DNA from: Ignisphaera sp. | Lineage (GTDB): Archaea > Thermoproteota > Thermoprotei_A > Sulfolobales > Ignisphaeraceae | DNA length: 45,148 nucleotides | NCBI GenBank assembly: GCA_038889075.1 | Contig: JAWAHS010000012.1 | Location: forward strand, 1-45,148 | Direction of reading: 5' to 3' | In this document: one piece after another, positions 1 through 9,470 of the stretch | Numbering within the stretch: the first letter of the stretch is position 1 | Layout: the number at the start of each line of letters is the position of its first letter | The notes under the pieces: generated by a model | Told to the model about the DNA's origin: nothing | The model's input: only the letters and a program-made list of their open reading frames with translations | The model's database searches: none | Translations under genes and position numbers: made by a program

Positions 1-43
1 AAATGTCCTTTCAGCTAGGATTTCGTTATCTCTTTGAAGATAA

Positions 44-328
44 AACCTCACAACTCCGTACGGAGGTGAAAAATATGACATTGCTCCACTCGAGGAGCTG
101 GTGAGGATATACCAGATCTACAAGCTAGAAAACCAGGTTAACTACAAGCTGAGTAAACGAGACCTCAAGCGAATAGTCAAGATGCTAGCCGAAGAAGTAG
201 TTAACTTTCTAGTAAAGCAGGGATGCGGGGGGTGGGATTTGAACCCACGCAGGCCTATGCCATCGGGTCCTGAGCCCGACCCCTTTGACCTAGCTCGGGC
301 ACCCCCGCATTATCTATATAGTAGGTAG
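44..328 (+). pseudogene. Probable SSV-type integrase N-terminal fragment (intN) reading antisense into tRNA-Leu
   Basis: The open frame (…KYDIAPLEELVRIYQIYKLE…KQGCGGWDLNPRRP) runs antisense through the tRNA 3' half, which is the geometry of partitioned SSV-type integrases. IAPLEELVRIY resembles the recalled intN motif (VGPLxxVVxxY). In-frame stops at 35-43 truncate the N-terminus. Confidence 0.45.
224..308 (-). tRNA. tRNA-Leu (anticodon CAG), no intron, CCA not encoded
   Basis: Reverse complement GCGGGGGTGCCCGAGCTAGGTCAAAGGGGTCGGG-CTCAGGA-CCCGA…GGTTCAAATCC…CCCCCGCA folds as a cloverleaf with a long variable arm. Confidence 0.97.
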
Positions 329-383
329 CTATCTAGCAAGGTTTTTATATCTAAGCTATCCGCTTCTCATATGCTAGAATCTG

Positions 384-650
384 CTATCTCTCTAGCGGAT
401 TCCACGATGCTACTAAGGCTACTCTATCACTATCTAGATCTCTCCATATTATGTCGCCGAGATCTGGATCTATTGTAAGGATTTCGTGTATGTTTTGCTT
501 AATGTCTACAATCTCTATTTTGGCTGACAGTCTACTGGATAGCTTCTCTAGCTTCTCTATAGCCTCCTCCCTACTGTAGATTCCCAGTACTGTTTTCATA
601 GATTCGCGTACTACCGTTCCCAGTGGGCTTTTTCTATACTGGTACCACAT
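384..650 (-). CDS. Hypothetical protein, possibly a 5'-truncated gene
   Basis: 88-aa ORF with genome-typical codon usage. Its ATG lies immediately after the 3' end of the structured element at 652-846. Confidence 0.45.
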   Translation of the reverse strand: MWYQYRKSPLGTVVRESMKTVLGIYSREEAIEKLEKLSSRLSAKIEIVDIKQNIHEILTIDPDLGDIIWRDLDSDRVALVASWNPLER

Positions 651-651
651 A

Positions 652-846
652 GGGGTTCAGCTCTGATATGGGTTTGTATTGGTTGGCTTCATCGCCTCAT
701 CTCTTTTCCTCTGCATCGGTCTTGGGTCTGCATCGCCCTTGGAGGTGTTTAGGGCGACCCCGGGCACCCCACATCTTGAGCATCTTGGGGAGAGCCTTCA
801 TCTAGAGCATCACAGCGGCTCTCGAACCCCTCATCGAGACCATTTC
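652..846 (-). ncRNA. Structured K-turn-rich ncRNA / tnpB 3'-end (omegaRNA-like) remnant, copy A
   Basis: TATA-like TTATAAATA at 876-868; stem GAGAGCC/GGCTCTC; several GATGA/GATG motifs. Core CAAGATGTGGGG…AGACCGATG…GCTGAACCCC is collinear with 21838-21963. Confidence 0.6.
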
Positions 847-1004
847 CACGTACCACTACGCATAGAGTATTTATAAGCGTTTCTATCAATATCAACCGAT
901 GCGAACAGATATGAAAACCGAAACAGTTGCACAAGGCTACACTCTCTTCATTGATGTGCTTCACACCTTAACTATATTCTAGATACGATACCAGATCTAG
1001 GTAG

Positions 1005-1352
1005 TTGATAATGCTGTTAGAGGCTATAATATTTATCGGACTTGATGAGGTTAGCAATAGTGCTCTGGAGAATCTTAGGGAGGCGTCTGAAATGCTTGTA
1101 AGAGAGTATGGAATTAAGCTCGTTATAGTACCCGTTAACATGTGGTCCGATCCGATTAGCTCATCGCTTAGATCTCTACCAACGATAGTTATAAATGGAT
1201 TTAAAGCATTCTCAGGGTATGCACCTACAGCTAGTGAGATACGGGACTACGTGCTGAAGATCGCTAAGGCAAAGAATAGAGTAGGGGAATTCCGGCTACC
1301 GGCAGGTGTAGTGGATAGTGGTATGGTGAATGCCTCAGCAATTATAGCGTAG
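1005..1352 (+). CDS. Thioredoxin-fold-like protein lacking cysteines
   Basis: SLPTIVING…FSGYAP resembles the cis-Pro strand region of thioredoxin/glutaredoxin folds; no CxxC present. Confidence 0.6.
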   Translation: MIMLLEAIIFIGLDEVSNSALENLREASEMLVREYGIKLVIVPVNMWSDPISSSLRSLPTIVINGFKAFSGYAPTASEIRDYVLKIAKAKNRVGEFRLPAGVVDSGMVNASAIIA

Positions 1353-1502
1353 ACCGTATACATACAATGGCTGCAATTCTGTAGGCTGAAAATACTCTAT
1401 ACCAAATACGTAGGGAAATGCTTATAATTGCCATAACCACATCCTCTATAGCTGGAAACCTGTAGCAGTGGTTGCGATAGCTGTGATATAGTACGTAGAG
1501 CT

Positions 1503-2741
1503 GTGGATGCAATGGATAGCAGGCTCTGTATACTTTGTAGAGGTGCTAGATATCTATGTGGAAGAGCCTACTGCCCCATAGTTGCTAGAATGTATGTAGA
1601 TACCCAGGTTGCTAATATAGTTAGGTCAAACCATCTATTCGGCTCGTCACCGCCATCCGTATTCATTGGAAGGCTGGGGTATCCCTATGTGTATGCCGGC
1701 CCTCTAGCTCCTCCAGCAACCGGGGATACAAGGATATACGATTACCCGGAGCAGTGGCGGTTGATGAAGCTGGAGGATCTGCTTAGCCTAAGGCTGAGCC
1801 TCGTCCTCGGTAGGAGAACTGTGGATATACATGCTGTAGATGATAGGTTTGTTGAAGCTCTACAGCATGTAGTTCTAGGTCTAAAGCCCATAGATATAGA
1901 GATGCGCTTTTCAAAGGCTCCGAAGGGGTATACTATAAGCGACTACGAGCCTCCAATAGGGCCTAGAGCCCCCATAGACTATATGAGGGTTGTAGGATCC
2001 TCAGTAGTGCACAGAGCTGTAGAGAGACTCTATAGCGATTTCGATGCAAGAGCTTCGGAAGCTATTGTAGAGCTGTATAGAGCTGGTGTAGAGGTTTCAC
2101 ATATACAGAAGATTCTAAGTGTCGGTGCTTTGGGTAGGAGAAGATCTAGAAAGCTCGTTCCAACACGATGGGCTATAACAGCCGTTGACGATACCCTATC
2201 AAGGCATCTGATTGAGGATAGAATAAGGTGGTATGGTGAGCTTAGCGAGATACAGGTGTTTGTGAGAAACATCCACAGGAATCTATTCATAGCCATACTG
2301 ATACCAGGTAGATGGAGTTTTGAGTGGATGGAGGCGTGGTTCCCCAGATCTACATGGAATCCGAATGGAGAGTCCGTAGCTATAGAGGGGGACTACGAGA
2401 TTGCCAGACCAAGGGATGAGTATGCCTCTATAGGTGGCTGCTACTATGCATCTAGATTAGCAACATCGGAATACCTAGATAGAATAGGGAAGCAGGCTAT
2501 AGCAGTAGTGCTTAGAGAGATCTACCCAGGATTCGATATACCTATAGGTGTATGGTTTGTAAGAGAGCAGCTGAGGGAGATGTACAGACAGAAGCCGCTG
2601 AGGGCCACTACCATAGAGGAGGCACTGGCTATAGTAAATGAGTACAGTGTGGTTGGAGCTGAGAGATGGATGGAGAAATCCAGACTACTGCAGCTTCTTA
2701 CTAAGAATAGAAAGCTGGATGCTTATTACACCAAGAGATAG
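1503..2741 (+). CDS. nreA: Nre-family DNA repair protein (DUF650/DUF651)
   Basis: N-terminal CxxCRG…CG…CP zinc motif, GSSPPSVFIG, LVPTRWAITAVD, GGCYYA, and C-terminal PIP-box-like NRKLDAYY. Confidence 0.9.
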   Translation: MDAMDSRLCILCRGARYLCGRAYCPIVARMYVDTQVANIVRSNHLFGSSPPSVFIGRLGYPYVYAGPLAPPATGDTRIYDYPEQWRLMKLEDLLSLRLSLVLGRRTVDIHAVDDRFVEALQHVVLGLKPIDIEMRFSKAPKGYTISDYEPPIGPRAPIDYMRVVGSSVVHRAVERLYSDFDARASEAIVELYRAGVEVSHIQKILSVGALGRRRSRKLVPTRWAITAVDDTLSRHLIEDRIRWYGELSEIQVFVRNIHRNLFIAILIPGRWSFEWMEAWFPRSTWNPNGESVAIEGDYEIARPRDEYASIGGCYYASRLATSEYLDRIGKQAIAVVLREIYPGFDIPIGVWFVREQLREMYRQKPLRATTIEEALAIVNEYSVVGAERWMEKSRLLQLLTKNRKLDAYYTKR

Positions 2742-2929
2742 CACCATCAATCGGAATCCGGTAGATCACCGTATTCCAGCCTCCGTAGCCTTGCATATAC
2801 AAAACATCTCCTCAGCCATCGCTATGGAAGGGCTGCTCTTCCCCTAACCACCTCCAGATGTTGACATAGATATATAGGTTTTGCGTTGCATACTAGCTAG
2901 TGTCCATAGCTATGGCTTTGTGATACGAT

Positions 2930-4525
2930 ATGGCTAGAGTGCTTATTGTTACAGGTAGGGTAGCTGAGGATATCGTTAGGAAGGTTGTAGCCTATAGTGG
3001 AACGAAGCACTGTATCGATATAGTTGTTACACCGATTCCGATAGCAGCATTTCTAACAACTGAGTACATAGCTCTCTATCTTAAGAAAATGGGAATAGGC
3101 TCCGGAGACTACGACTATATCCTTCTCCCCGGTCTGGCTAGAGGTTCCGGAAAGGTTATCGAAGATACTATTGGTATCAAGGCTGTTAAGGGTACAGTCA
3201 ACGCCTATGATCTTACAGATATTCTAAAGCTTGACGATCTCGGTATACTCTCACCTGATAGACCCGCTGATGAGATTGTACAGGATATGGTGATCGGTAG
3301 CATAAAGAGGATTTTAGCGGATATCGAGGCAGGTCTAAACGATTCTAATAGTGTACTGGTTGGTGGGTTAAGGGTTCCGGTAAACCCTCCACCAATTAGG
3401 GTTGTAGCTGAGATTGCTGAAGCACACACCCTTACAGTTGATGGACTTGTTAGAGAGTTTCTAAGACTTGCTGAGAGTGGAGCGGATATTGTGAGCATCG
3501 GCTTTGAGGCGTATAGCCCCCATCCAGATGCTGTAAGAAGGATAATTCCGCTACTTAGAAGGGAGCTCGATATACCCATAGCGATCGATACATCCATTCC
3601 AAGTGAGATAGATGCTGCTGTAGAGTGTGGAGCTGATATGGTGATAAATGCCGATCTTACAAATATCGATATGATTAAACAGGTCGATAGTTCTGTAGCC
3701 ATTGTTACAACGCCTAGGGATCCCAATACACACACAGTACCAGATGATGTAGATACGAGGGTACTCCTTCTGGAGAAGGCTGTAGATTCTGTTAGGGCGA
3801 GGGGGTTTGAAAAGGTGTTTGCCGATGCGGTTCTAGATATACCGCTATCTACATTCAGATCCATACTCGCATTCCATAGATTCAAATCTCTGCATCCAGA
3901 TGTTCCAATGTTTATGGGTGTAGGTAATGTTGTGGAGATGGTTGATATAGATAGCGTAGGTGTAAACGGTATTCTAACAACGATTGCACAGGAGGTGGGG
4001 GTAAGCGCTATACTAACTGTTGAGAAGAGTACTAAGGCAAGGGGATCTACACTAGAGTGTAAGCTGGCTAGCCAAATGGCCTCCGTAGCAAAGGTTAAGA
4101 AATCGCCTCCCAAGAATATAGGGATACAGCTTCTGATTCTAAAGGATAAGAAACTCTATGAGGAACCCTATGAAGATCAGGTTGACGAGATTGTGGAGGC
4201 TACCGAGGATGAGAAGCCGTATACACCCGATCCAATGGGTGTATTTAGAATTAGAGTTGATCATGAAAATGGATACATAGAGGCTCTATACATAGGTAGA
4301 AGGGGAAGGATACTGATAAGAGGGAGATCAGCAAAAGCAGTAAGGTACGAGATTGCTTCCCGGGGACTCATCTCCCAAATATCCCATGCACTATACCTTG
4401 GACAGGAACTTGCTAAAGCTGAAATAGCACTCAAGCTTAGGAAGAGCTATATACAGGATGCACCTCTATTTAAAAGACCCCAGTTCATCAAATTAGATAG
4501 AGATAGTGAAATCCCTGAAAAATAG
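2930..4525 (+). CDS. Dihydropteroate synthase-like protein (pterin-binding TIM barrel plus C-terminal DUF4346-like domain)
   Basis: GADIVSIG, IAIDT, MGVGNVVEMVDIDSVGVN and C-terminal DPMGVFRI…HALYLGQELAKAE are typical of the archaeal DHPS-related family. Confidence 0.85.
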   Translation: MARVLIVTGRVAEDIVRKVVAYSGTKHCIDIVVTPIPIAAFLTTEYIALYLKKMGIGSGDYDYILLPGLARGSGKVIEDTIGIKAVKGTVNAYDLTDILKLDDLGILSPDRPADEIVQDMVIGSIKRILADIEAGLNDSNSVLVGGLRVPVNPPPIRVVAEIAEAHTLTVDGLVREFLRLAESGADIVSIGFEAYSPHPDAVRRIIPLLRRELDIPIAIDTSIPSEIDAAVECGADMVINADLTNIDMIKQVDSSVAIVTTPRDPNTHTVPDDVDTRVLLLEKAVDSVRARGFEKVFADAVLDIPLSTFRSILAFHRFKSLHPDVPMFMGVGNVVEMVDIDSVGVNGILTTIAQEVGVSAILTVEKSTKARGSTLECKLASQMASVAKVKKSPPKNIGIQLLILKDKKLYEEPYEDQVDEIVEATEDEKPYTPDPMGVFRIRVDHENGYIEALYIGRRGRILIRGRSAKAVRYEIASRGLISQISHALYLGQELAKAEIALKLRKSYIQDAPLFKRPQFIKLDRDSEIPEK

Positions 4526-4750
4526 ATGGGCTGTTTTTCCTTCTATCTTCCGGGAGAATATCTATACACCTTGCACCCAACCATTTTCCATTAGCATTTA
4601 AGAATAGGAGCATCTACAGGATCCGAAGCCCGTTTACCTATTATCTGTGCTATGCAGATTAGGCTAGGGTTCCTAGATGGATAGGGGCTGGAAACATGCC
4701 AATAGCCATCCAATGGAAGATGGCTGGTGTACCTGTTGTACATAATAATG

Positions 4751-4758
4751 TTTATAAG
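4751..4758 (+). promoter_or_regulatory. TATA box of hsp20
   Basis: TTTATAAG upstream of SD AGGTGA (4789-4794) and ATG 4801. Confidence 0.5.
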
Positions 4759-4800
4759 CTTAGTAGCACTATAGTAGCCGTGCACTGTAGGTGAAATTGT

Positions 4801-5367
4801 ATGAGTGATGAGGAGAGGTATAGGAGAAGGAGGAGGGATATATTCGATTTATTCAACGACCTCTTTAAGGAACTTCAGGAGGAGATGGAGGAGTTTGAGA
4901 GGCAGATATCCAGATATCTAAGAGTTTCACCGGAGGAGTTAAAGAGTATGGAGAGATTCAACAAACCTATTCTATACGGTTTTAGGATCGAAATAGGTCC
5001 TGATGGCGTTCCGAGGATATATGAGTTTGGCAATGTTAGAAGGGCTGAAAGGGGTAAGCCACATGTTATTGTAAGTGAGGAGAGGGAACCACTCACAGAT
5101 ATATATGAGGAGGATGATAGGATTAGAATTGTTGCTGAGATGCCCGGTGTCGATGAGAATAAGATAAAGGTTGAGGCTATAGATGATAGACGTATAGTTA
5201 TAGAGGCTTCGAATCACGATAGAAAGTATAGGAAGGAGGTTGACCTACCCTCAGAGGTTGACATAGAAACTGCAGAGGCTGTTTATAAGAATGGTGTACT
5301 GGAGATAAGGATTAGAAAGAAGCGTGAAGGTAGGAAGAGCAGGGTAATACAGATTAAGAAGGAGTAG
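4801..5367 (+). CDS. hsp20: Archaeal small heat shock protein Hsp20
   Basis: YGFRIEIGPDGVPRIYEFGNV, EREPLTDI, AEMPGV and YKNGVLEI alpha-crystallin motifs; C-terminal IxI. Confidence 0.95.
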   Translation: MSDEERYRRRRRDIFDLFNDLFKELQEEMEEFERQISRYLRVSPEELKSMERFNKPILYGFRIEIGPDGVPRIYEFGNVRRAERGKPHVIVSEEREPLTDIYEEDDRIRIVAEMPGVDENKIKVEAIDDRRIVIEASNHDRKYRKEVDLPSEVDIETAEAVYKNGVLEIRIRKKREGRKSRVIQIKKE

Positions 5368-5372
5368 ATCGT

Positions 5373-5903
5373 CTAACAGTAGCTGTAAACACCATCCCTA
5401 TAGCTCTTCAAAACCTTCAACGGGCTGTAGACACTCTTTATCCTTACCGTAACTGGCTCCCCAATTCTACCACTACTCAACTCCTTCAACCTCTCAATAG
5501 CCTCCCAATGACATCCAGGCTCACTGCTGCAAATACCCTCTAGTACATCCACGATATACCGCAGTATAGCTTCTACAGTAACTATCCTCCCTATCCTAAG
5601 GGTTCTAGCTTCAAAAGCTATATTGAGCTGAGGCACCTCGATATCCACTTGAGATGGTAGATGCAGGGTGGTATTCAGATCGCTGTCCCTATCAATATGC
5701 AGCTCTACACATACTACACCATCTACCTCCGATAGAGATATGACATCTCTAAACCAATAGCCACAGCTTCTACACACTAGTGTTAATATGGCAACAGCAT
5801 CATCTTTAGAAATACTATAGCTGTACAATACGGTCTCAGCCCTACCGCCACATGCAGGGCATTCCACATAGTATCTATCAATTTCAGATAGCCTATCGCT
5901 CAA
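5373..5903 (-). CDS. ZPR1-related zinc finger protein
   Basis: CPACG…CRSCGY zinc ribbon followed by DLNT…IEVPQL…GRIVTVEAIL, typical of ZPR1. Confidence 0.85.
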   Translation of the reverse strand: MSDRLSEIDRYYVECPACGGRAETVLYSYSISKDDAVAILTLVCRSCGYWFRDVISLSEVDGVVCVELHIDRDSDLNTTLHLPSQVDIEVPQLNIAFEARTLRIGRIVTVEAILRYIVDVLEGICSSEPGCHWEAIERLKELSSGRIGEPVTVRIKSVYSPLKVLKSYRDGVYSYC

Positions 5904-6022
5904 GAATGCACCACCACTATAGCTACGGATTCCCCTATCAAGAAATTGTATAGAGTGTATCTACAGTTGGAAGTCCTCTGAATATAGAGATGCGGTGTTT
6001 GGCTACCTTCAAAATGTCTCGA

Positions 6023-6214
6023 TTAGTATGCATATTTAGGTATGTTTTTCTCTCTTGCATATACCTCCACCTCCCTTTCTATAAGGGATCCCGCTAGAAT
6101 ACCTATAACTTTCTTCTGTGGATAGTGCTTTCTAACGGTATCTACCTCCATCCTTGCGTTCCTAACCCTCCTCACTATTCTAAGCTTCTCCTCCTTATTC
6201 AGTACCTCTCTCAT
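6023..6214 (-). pseudogene. Probable C-terminal fragment of a crenarchaeal PD-(D/E)XK-type hypothetical family
   Basis: KKVIGILAGSLIEREVEVYAREKNIP resembles the C-terminal strand-helix of such families; the catalytic N-terminal part is absent. Confidence 0.35.
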
Positions 6215-6358
6215 ATTGAATACCGCTAGAGGCTATGTATATAGAGGGTTAATTAGCATTACTAGGAGTATTGCTGTAATAGGTTTTTAGGTTTCTTGTG
6301 CTATCTTTGGGTTGCGGAAAGATTGCATCTTATGGATAGAGCATCTCGGTGTAGTGCA

Positions 6359-7402
6359 GTGGTTTTGACTAAGCTGTTTAGAGTTGATGCTCTACAGCCC
6401 GATCCCGGCGTCTTGGACGAGGTCTGTAGGGATGTTTTAGATGGTAAGCTTATTGTCTTCCCCACGGAGACTGTATATGGTTTGGGAGCCTCTATATATA
6501 GACCCGAGGCTATCAGGAGGATCTTTATAGCTAAGAATAGACCTATGGACAACCCGCTCATAATCCACATATCCAGAGTAGAGCATCTGTACGAAACTGC
6601 TATAGATATTCCAGACTCTGTGTGGAGGCTTATAGAGCTTGCCTGGCCAGGGCCGCTAACACTTGTACTGAAGAGGGGGAGAGCAGTTCCACCAGAGGCT
6701 ACAGCAGGGCTACCAACAGTAGCTATTAGAATGCCTGCCCATCCAGTTGCCCAGAGACTCATAGACTGCACAGGCCCTCTAGCAGCACCAAGTGCAAACA
6801 TATCAGGAAGACCAAGCCCAACCACAGGCCACCACATCCTCACTGACATGTTTGGAAGGGCAAACGATATTATAGATGCAGGGGATACCATATTCGGTGT
6901 AGAGTCCACAATAGTGGATTTCTCTACAGAGCCTCCAAAGCTGCTGAGGCCGGGCGCCATGCCCATAGAGAGAATCACCGAAACTCTAGGTATAGAGGTT
7001 GTAGTGACGGATATCAGTAGGGGGTATAGAGAGGCTGAAAAAGCAGTAGCACCAGGAATGAAATACAGACACTATGCACCAGCAACACCACTAGTGGTTG
7101 TAGAGAGACGGAAATCCGAAGATGTCGTTGAAGTAGCCCTGGGCCTTAGGAGAGAGGGGAAGAGAGTAGCAGTTATCACCTGTAGGGAGAATGCTGAAGT
7201 CTACCAGGGGGCTGTAGATAGAGTTGTCACAGTTGGTTCAAGGGAGAACCTCTTTGAGGTAGCCAAAAACCTATTTGCAGCACTAAGAGAGCTCGACAGA
7301 CTTGGTGTAGATATAGCTATAGCAGAAAGCTTTCCAGAGAGGGGAATAGGGCTAGCAATAATGAATAGGCTTAGAAAAGCAGCAACGAAAATCCTCAGAT
7401 AA
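6359..7402 (+). CDS. sua5: L-threonylcarbamoyladenylate synthase Sua5 (YrdC + SUA5 domains)
   Basis: FPTETVYGLG, KNRPMDNPLIIH, AAPSANISGRPSPT, GVESTIVD, PGMKYRHYAP. Start moved to the in-frame GTG at 6359 after SD GGTG. Confidence 0.95.
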   Translation: MVLTKLFRVDALQPDPGVLDEVCRDVLDGKLIVFPTETVYGLGASIYRPEAIRRIFIAKNRPMDNPLIIHISRVEHLYETAIDIPDSVWRLIELAWPGPLTLVLKRGRAVPPEATAGLPTVAIRMPAHPVAQRLIDCTGPLAAPSANISGRPSPTTGHHILTDMFGRANDIIDAGDTIFGVESTIVDFSTEPPKLLRPGAMPIERITETLGIEVVVTDISRGYREAEKAVAPGMKYRHYAPATPLVVVERRKSEDVVEVALGLRREGKRVAVITCRENAEVYQGAVDRVVTVGSRENLFEVAKNLFAALRELDRLGVDIAIAESFPERGIGLAIMNRLRKAATKILR

Positions 7403-7483
7403 GGGATGTAGCTCGAGTTAGCGCTGTAAACCATTCTAAGTAGATATGTTTATATACCCTTTTAGCTATAGAATGTAATATTA

Positions 7484-8074
7484 GTGGGGCTGCTGTTTGT
7501 GAAAGGTCAAAGCGATCTAATAACAACTGTAATACTTGTGGGTGTAACCATAGTAATTGGTGTGGGCTTTCTGTCATTTGTAGCACCGAATATCTCCAGA
7601 GTAGTAGGTGAAAGCAATATGAAGGCGGTACTCTATGAAGAGCAGAGCAATATAGTTGTATACAAGGAGTTTGAAAATGCTACACAGCTATGTATAGGGT
7701 TACTAAGAATAGCACCAGGTACCACAGTATACAGTATAGCAATCTTAGATGAGAATCTAAATAGCATTATAAATACAGGCCACACCAACCTCGTATACTT
7801 TCCACCAAACCCGCAACCTGTAGCTACAAGCCGCATAACCCCACCTAAAAAGGTGTACTACATAGCTGGAGGAGACTACTACCCCATTCCACACGAGATA
7901 TCCGTTGTATACATTCCGCAAAACCTTACATCAAACTATATAGGAAAGGGAAGACCGCTCCTCCTATGCATACGTAAAAACAGCATACCCGGGGATCAGA
8001 TGGCCAGAATTTTTATACTTATTTCTCTAAATAACAACCTATACGAGGTGGGTAGAGTATATGTATCTAAATAA
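7484..8074 (+). CDS. Type IV pilin-like protein (class III signal peptide)
   Basis: KG|QSDLITTVILVGVTIVIGVGFL cleavage motif plus hydrophobic helix. Confidence 0.8.
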   Translation: MGLLFVKGQSDLITTVILVGVTIVIGVGFLSFVAPNISRVVGESNMKAVLYEEQSNIVVYKEFENATQLCIGLLRIAPGTTVYSIAILDENLNSIINTGHTNLVYFPPNPQPVATSRITPPKKVYYIAGGDYYPIPHEISVVYIPQNLTSNYIGKGRPLLLCIRKNSIPGDQMARIFILISLNNNLYEVGRVYVSK

Positions 8075-9254
8075 AGGCCAGGCCGAAATAATAGGAGGCA
8101 TAATAGTTCTAGCAGTATTCATATCAGCCATAGGGCTCCTCTACACAACACTAATGCAACTCTCATCAACATCAACAAAAGGCTTCTCAGAAAGAGCGAA
8201 CTTCGAAGCTGAGAAAAACATAGAGAAGCTAACCGTCGACTACGACTCTACAAATAAAAGATGCATCCTAGTAAATCAAGGGCCGATCCCTCTAGCCATT
8301 ACCAGAATATGGATTGGCGGCAAACCGATAGACGTAGATCCAATACAGCTAAAACCAGCAGAATCCATCAGTAGCATAGGAGAGTATGGAGTAGACAATA
8401 TAGATATGGTAGTCACAAATAGAGGTAACGTTATAGAGGTAAAGAAAACATGTGAAATACTTAAAAAAAGCAGACCAGAATCCACACCCTCATCATCGCT
8501 ATTTACAAGCGAAGATATTCTAAACATCAACAGAATATCGAAGGGGTTAAACCAAGGTTACCTTTACGTCAACATTATTAAAATATCTAGCAAGTCATCT
8601 AGCAGTTCTATAGATAGAGCTGTGGTATACTTTAACGGAAGTTACTGGCTCTGTAGTAGCAGGAATAACGATAAGAAAGTTTTTGCTGAAAGCTTCAGCA
8701 AAATTAGCAGTAGAGACATGGATGGAAATAGAATAAATGAAATAATAATCATAGACATACAAAAATGCTCAAACATATCAACACCTGGAGATGTAGAAGA
8801 GTACAGCAAATATCTTGACAGCGGCAATGTAAATAGCGGCAATGTAAATTACATATTTGTAAACTACATATTTCAGAATCTTGTATACATACCAAATAGA
8901 GTAGATACCGTTACAATACACTTCAAACTAGTTATGGATATAGGATCGGGTGGTGAATCGAAAGAATTATCACTCCTACCAACAGTTTCAATTAAAGGTA
9001 GTGGAGGGGTGAGCATTTCATCGCCATCAACAGTATCTATAGCCTCTAGCCGTTCTGGAATAGTTGTTGTTAGTGGCTATGCCATATTTCCTATAAAAGC
9101 CTTTAACCTAAACATTGCAGAAAATGAAGTCTACAATATGGAAATCAACATCGAGATTAAACCGCCTTCAGGTTCCAGCCTAAATCTAAAGGCAGTAAGA
9201 CTTGAATACCTAGCCATCACAGGAGCCTCCATAGCTGACCCGTGGCGTGAGTAA
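8061..9254 (+). CDS. Large minor pilin / adhesin-like protein (class III signal peptide)
   Basis: KG|QAEIIGGIIVLAVFI; pilin globular motif (LVNQGPIPLAITRIWI…VVTNRGN) followed by a long Ser/Asn-rich extension. Confidence 0.8.
   Translation: MYLNKGQAEIIGGIIVLAVFISAIGLLYTTLMQLSSTSTKGFSERANFEAEKNIEKLTVDYDSTNKRCILVNQGPIPLAITRIWIGGKPIDVDPIQLKPAESISSIGEYGVDNIDMVVTNRGNVIEVKKTCEILKKSRPESTPSSSLFTSEDILNINRISKGLNQGYLYVNIIKISSKSSSSSIDRAVVYFNGSYWLCSSRNNDKKVFAESFSKISSRDMDGNRINEIIIIDIQKCSNISTPGDVEEYSKYLDSGNVNSGNVNYIFVNYIFQNLVYIPNRVDTVTIHFKLVMDIGSGGESKELSLLPTVSIKGSGGVSISSPSTVSIASSRSGIVVVSGYAIFPIKAFNLNIAENEVYNMEINIEIKPPSGSSLNLKAVRLEYLAITGASIADPWRE
8820..8873 (+). repeat. In-frame 15-bp tandem repeats
   Basis: AGCGGCAATGTAAAT x2 (perfect), then TACATATTTGTAAAC TACATATTT; encodes SGNVN SGNVN YIFVN YIF. 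Confidence 0.85.
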
Positions 9255-9470
9255 CGGTCCTCAGAATACTTGAGGAGAAAAAGCCTATGAATAAGATGTC
9301 TCGTTATAGTTTCAAGAGGATTTCTTGGACTTTTTATTACACAATTATTAAATTGCGGGAGAGTATGTATTATATGTATTAAATGATAGAATATACCTTT
9401 GATTAGAGCCTCTGGGATAAAAATGGGATAAAAAAGGAAGCTCTATTCTACAAAATTCAGAATTCTGATT

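Noticed and set aside
679-964. ORFs 679..876 (+) and 749..964 (-)
   Set aside because: They overlap the structured element and its promoter, have atypical composition and show no recognisable motifs.
4591-4785. ORF and small hairpin between the DHPS-like gene and hsp20
   Set aside because: No motif or SD support; overlaps the hsp20 promoter; a single hairpin is insufficient evidence.
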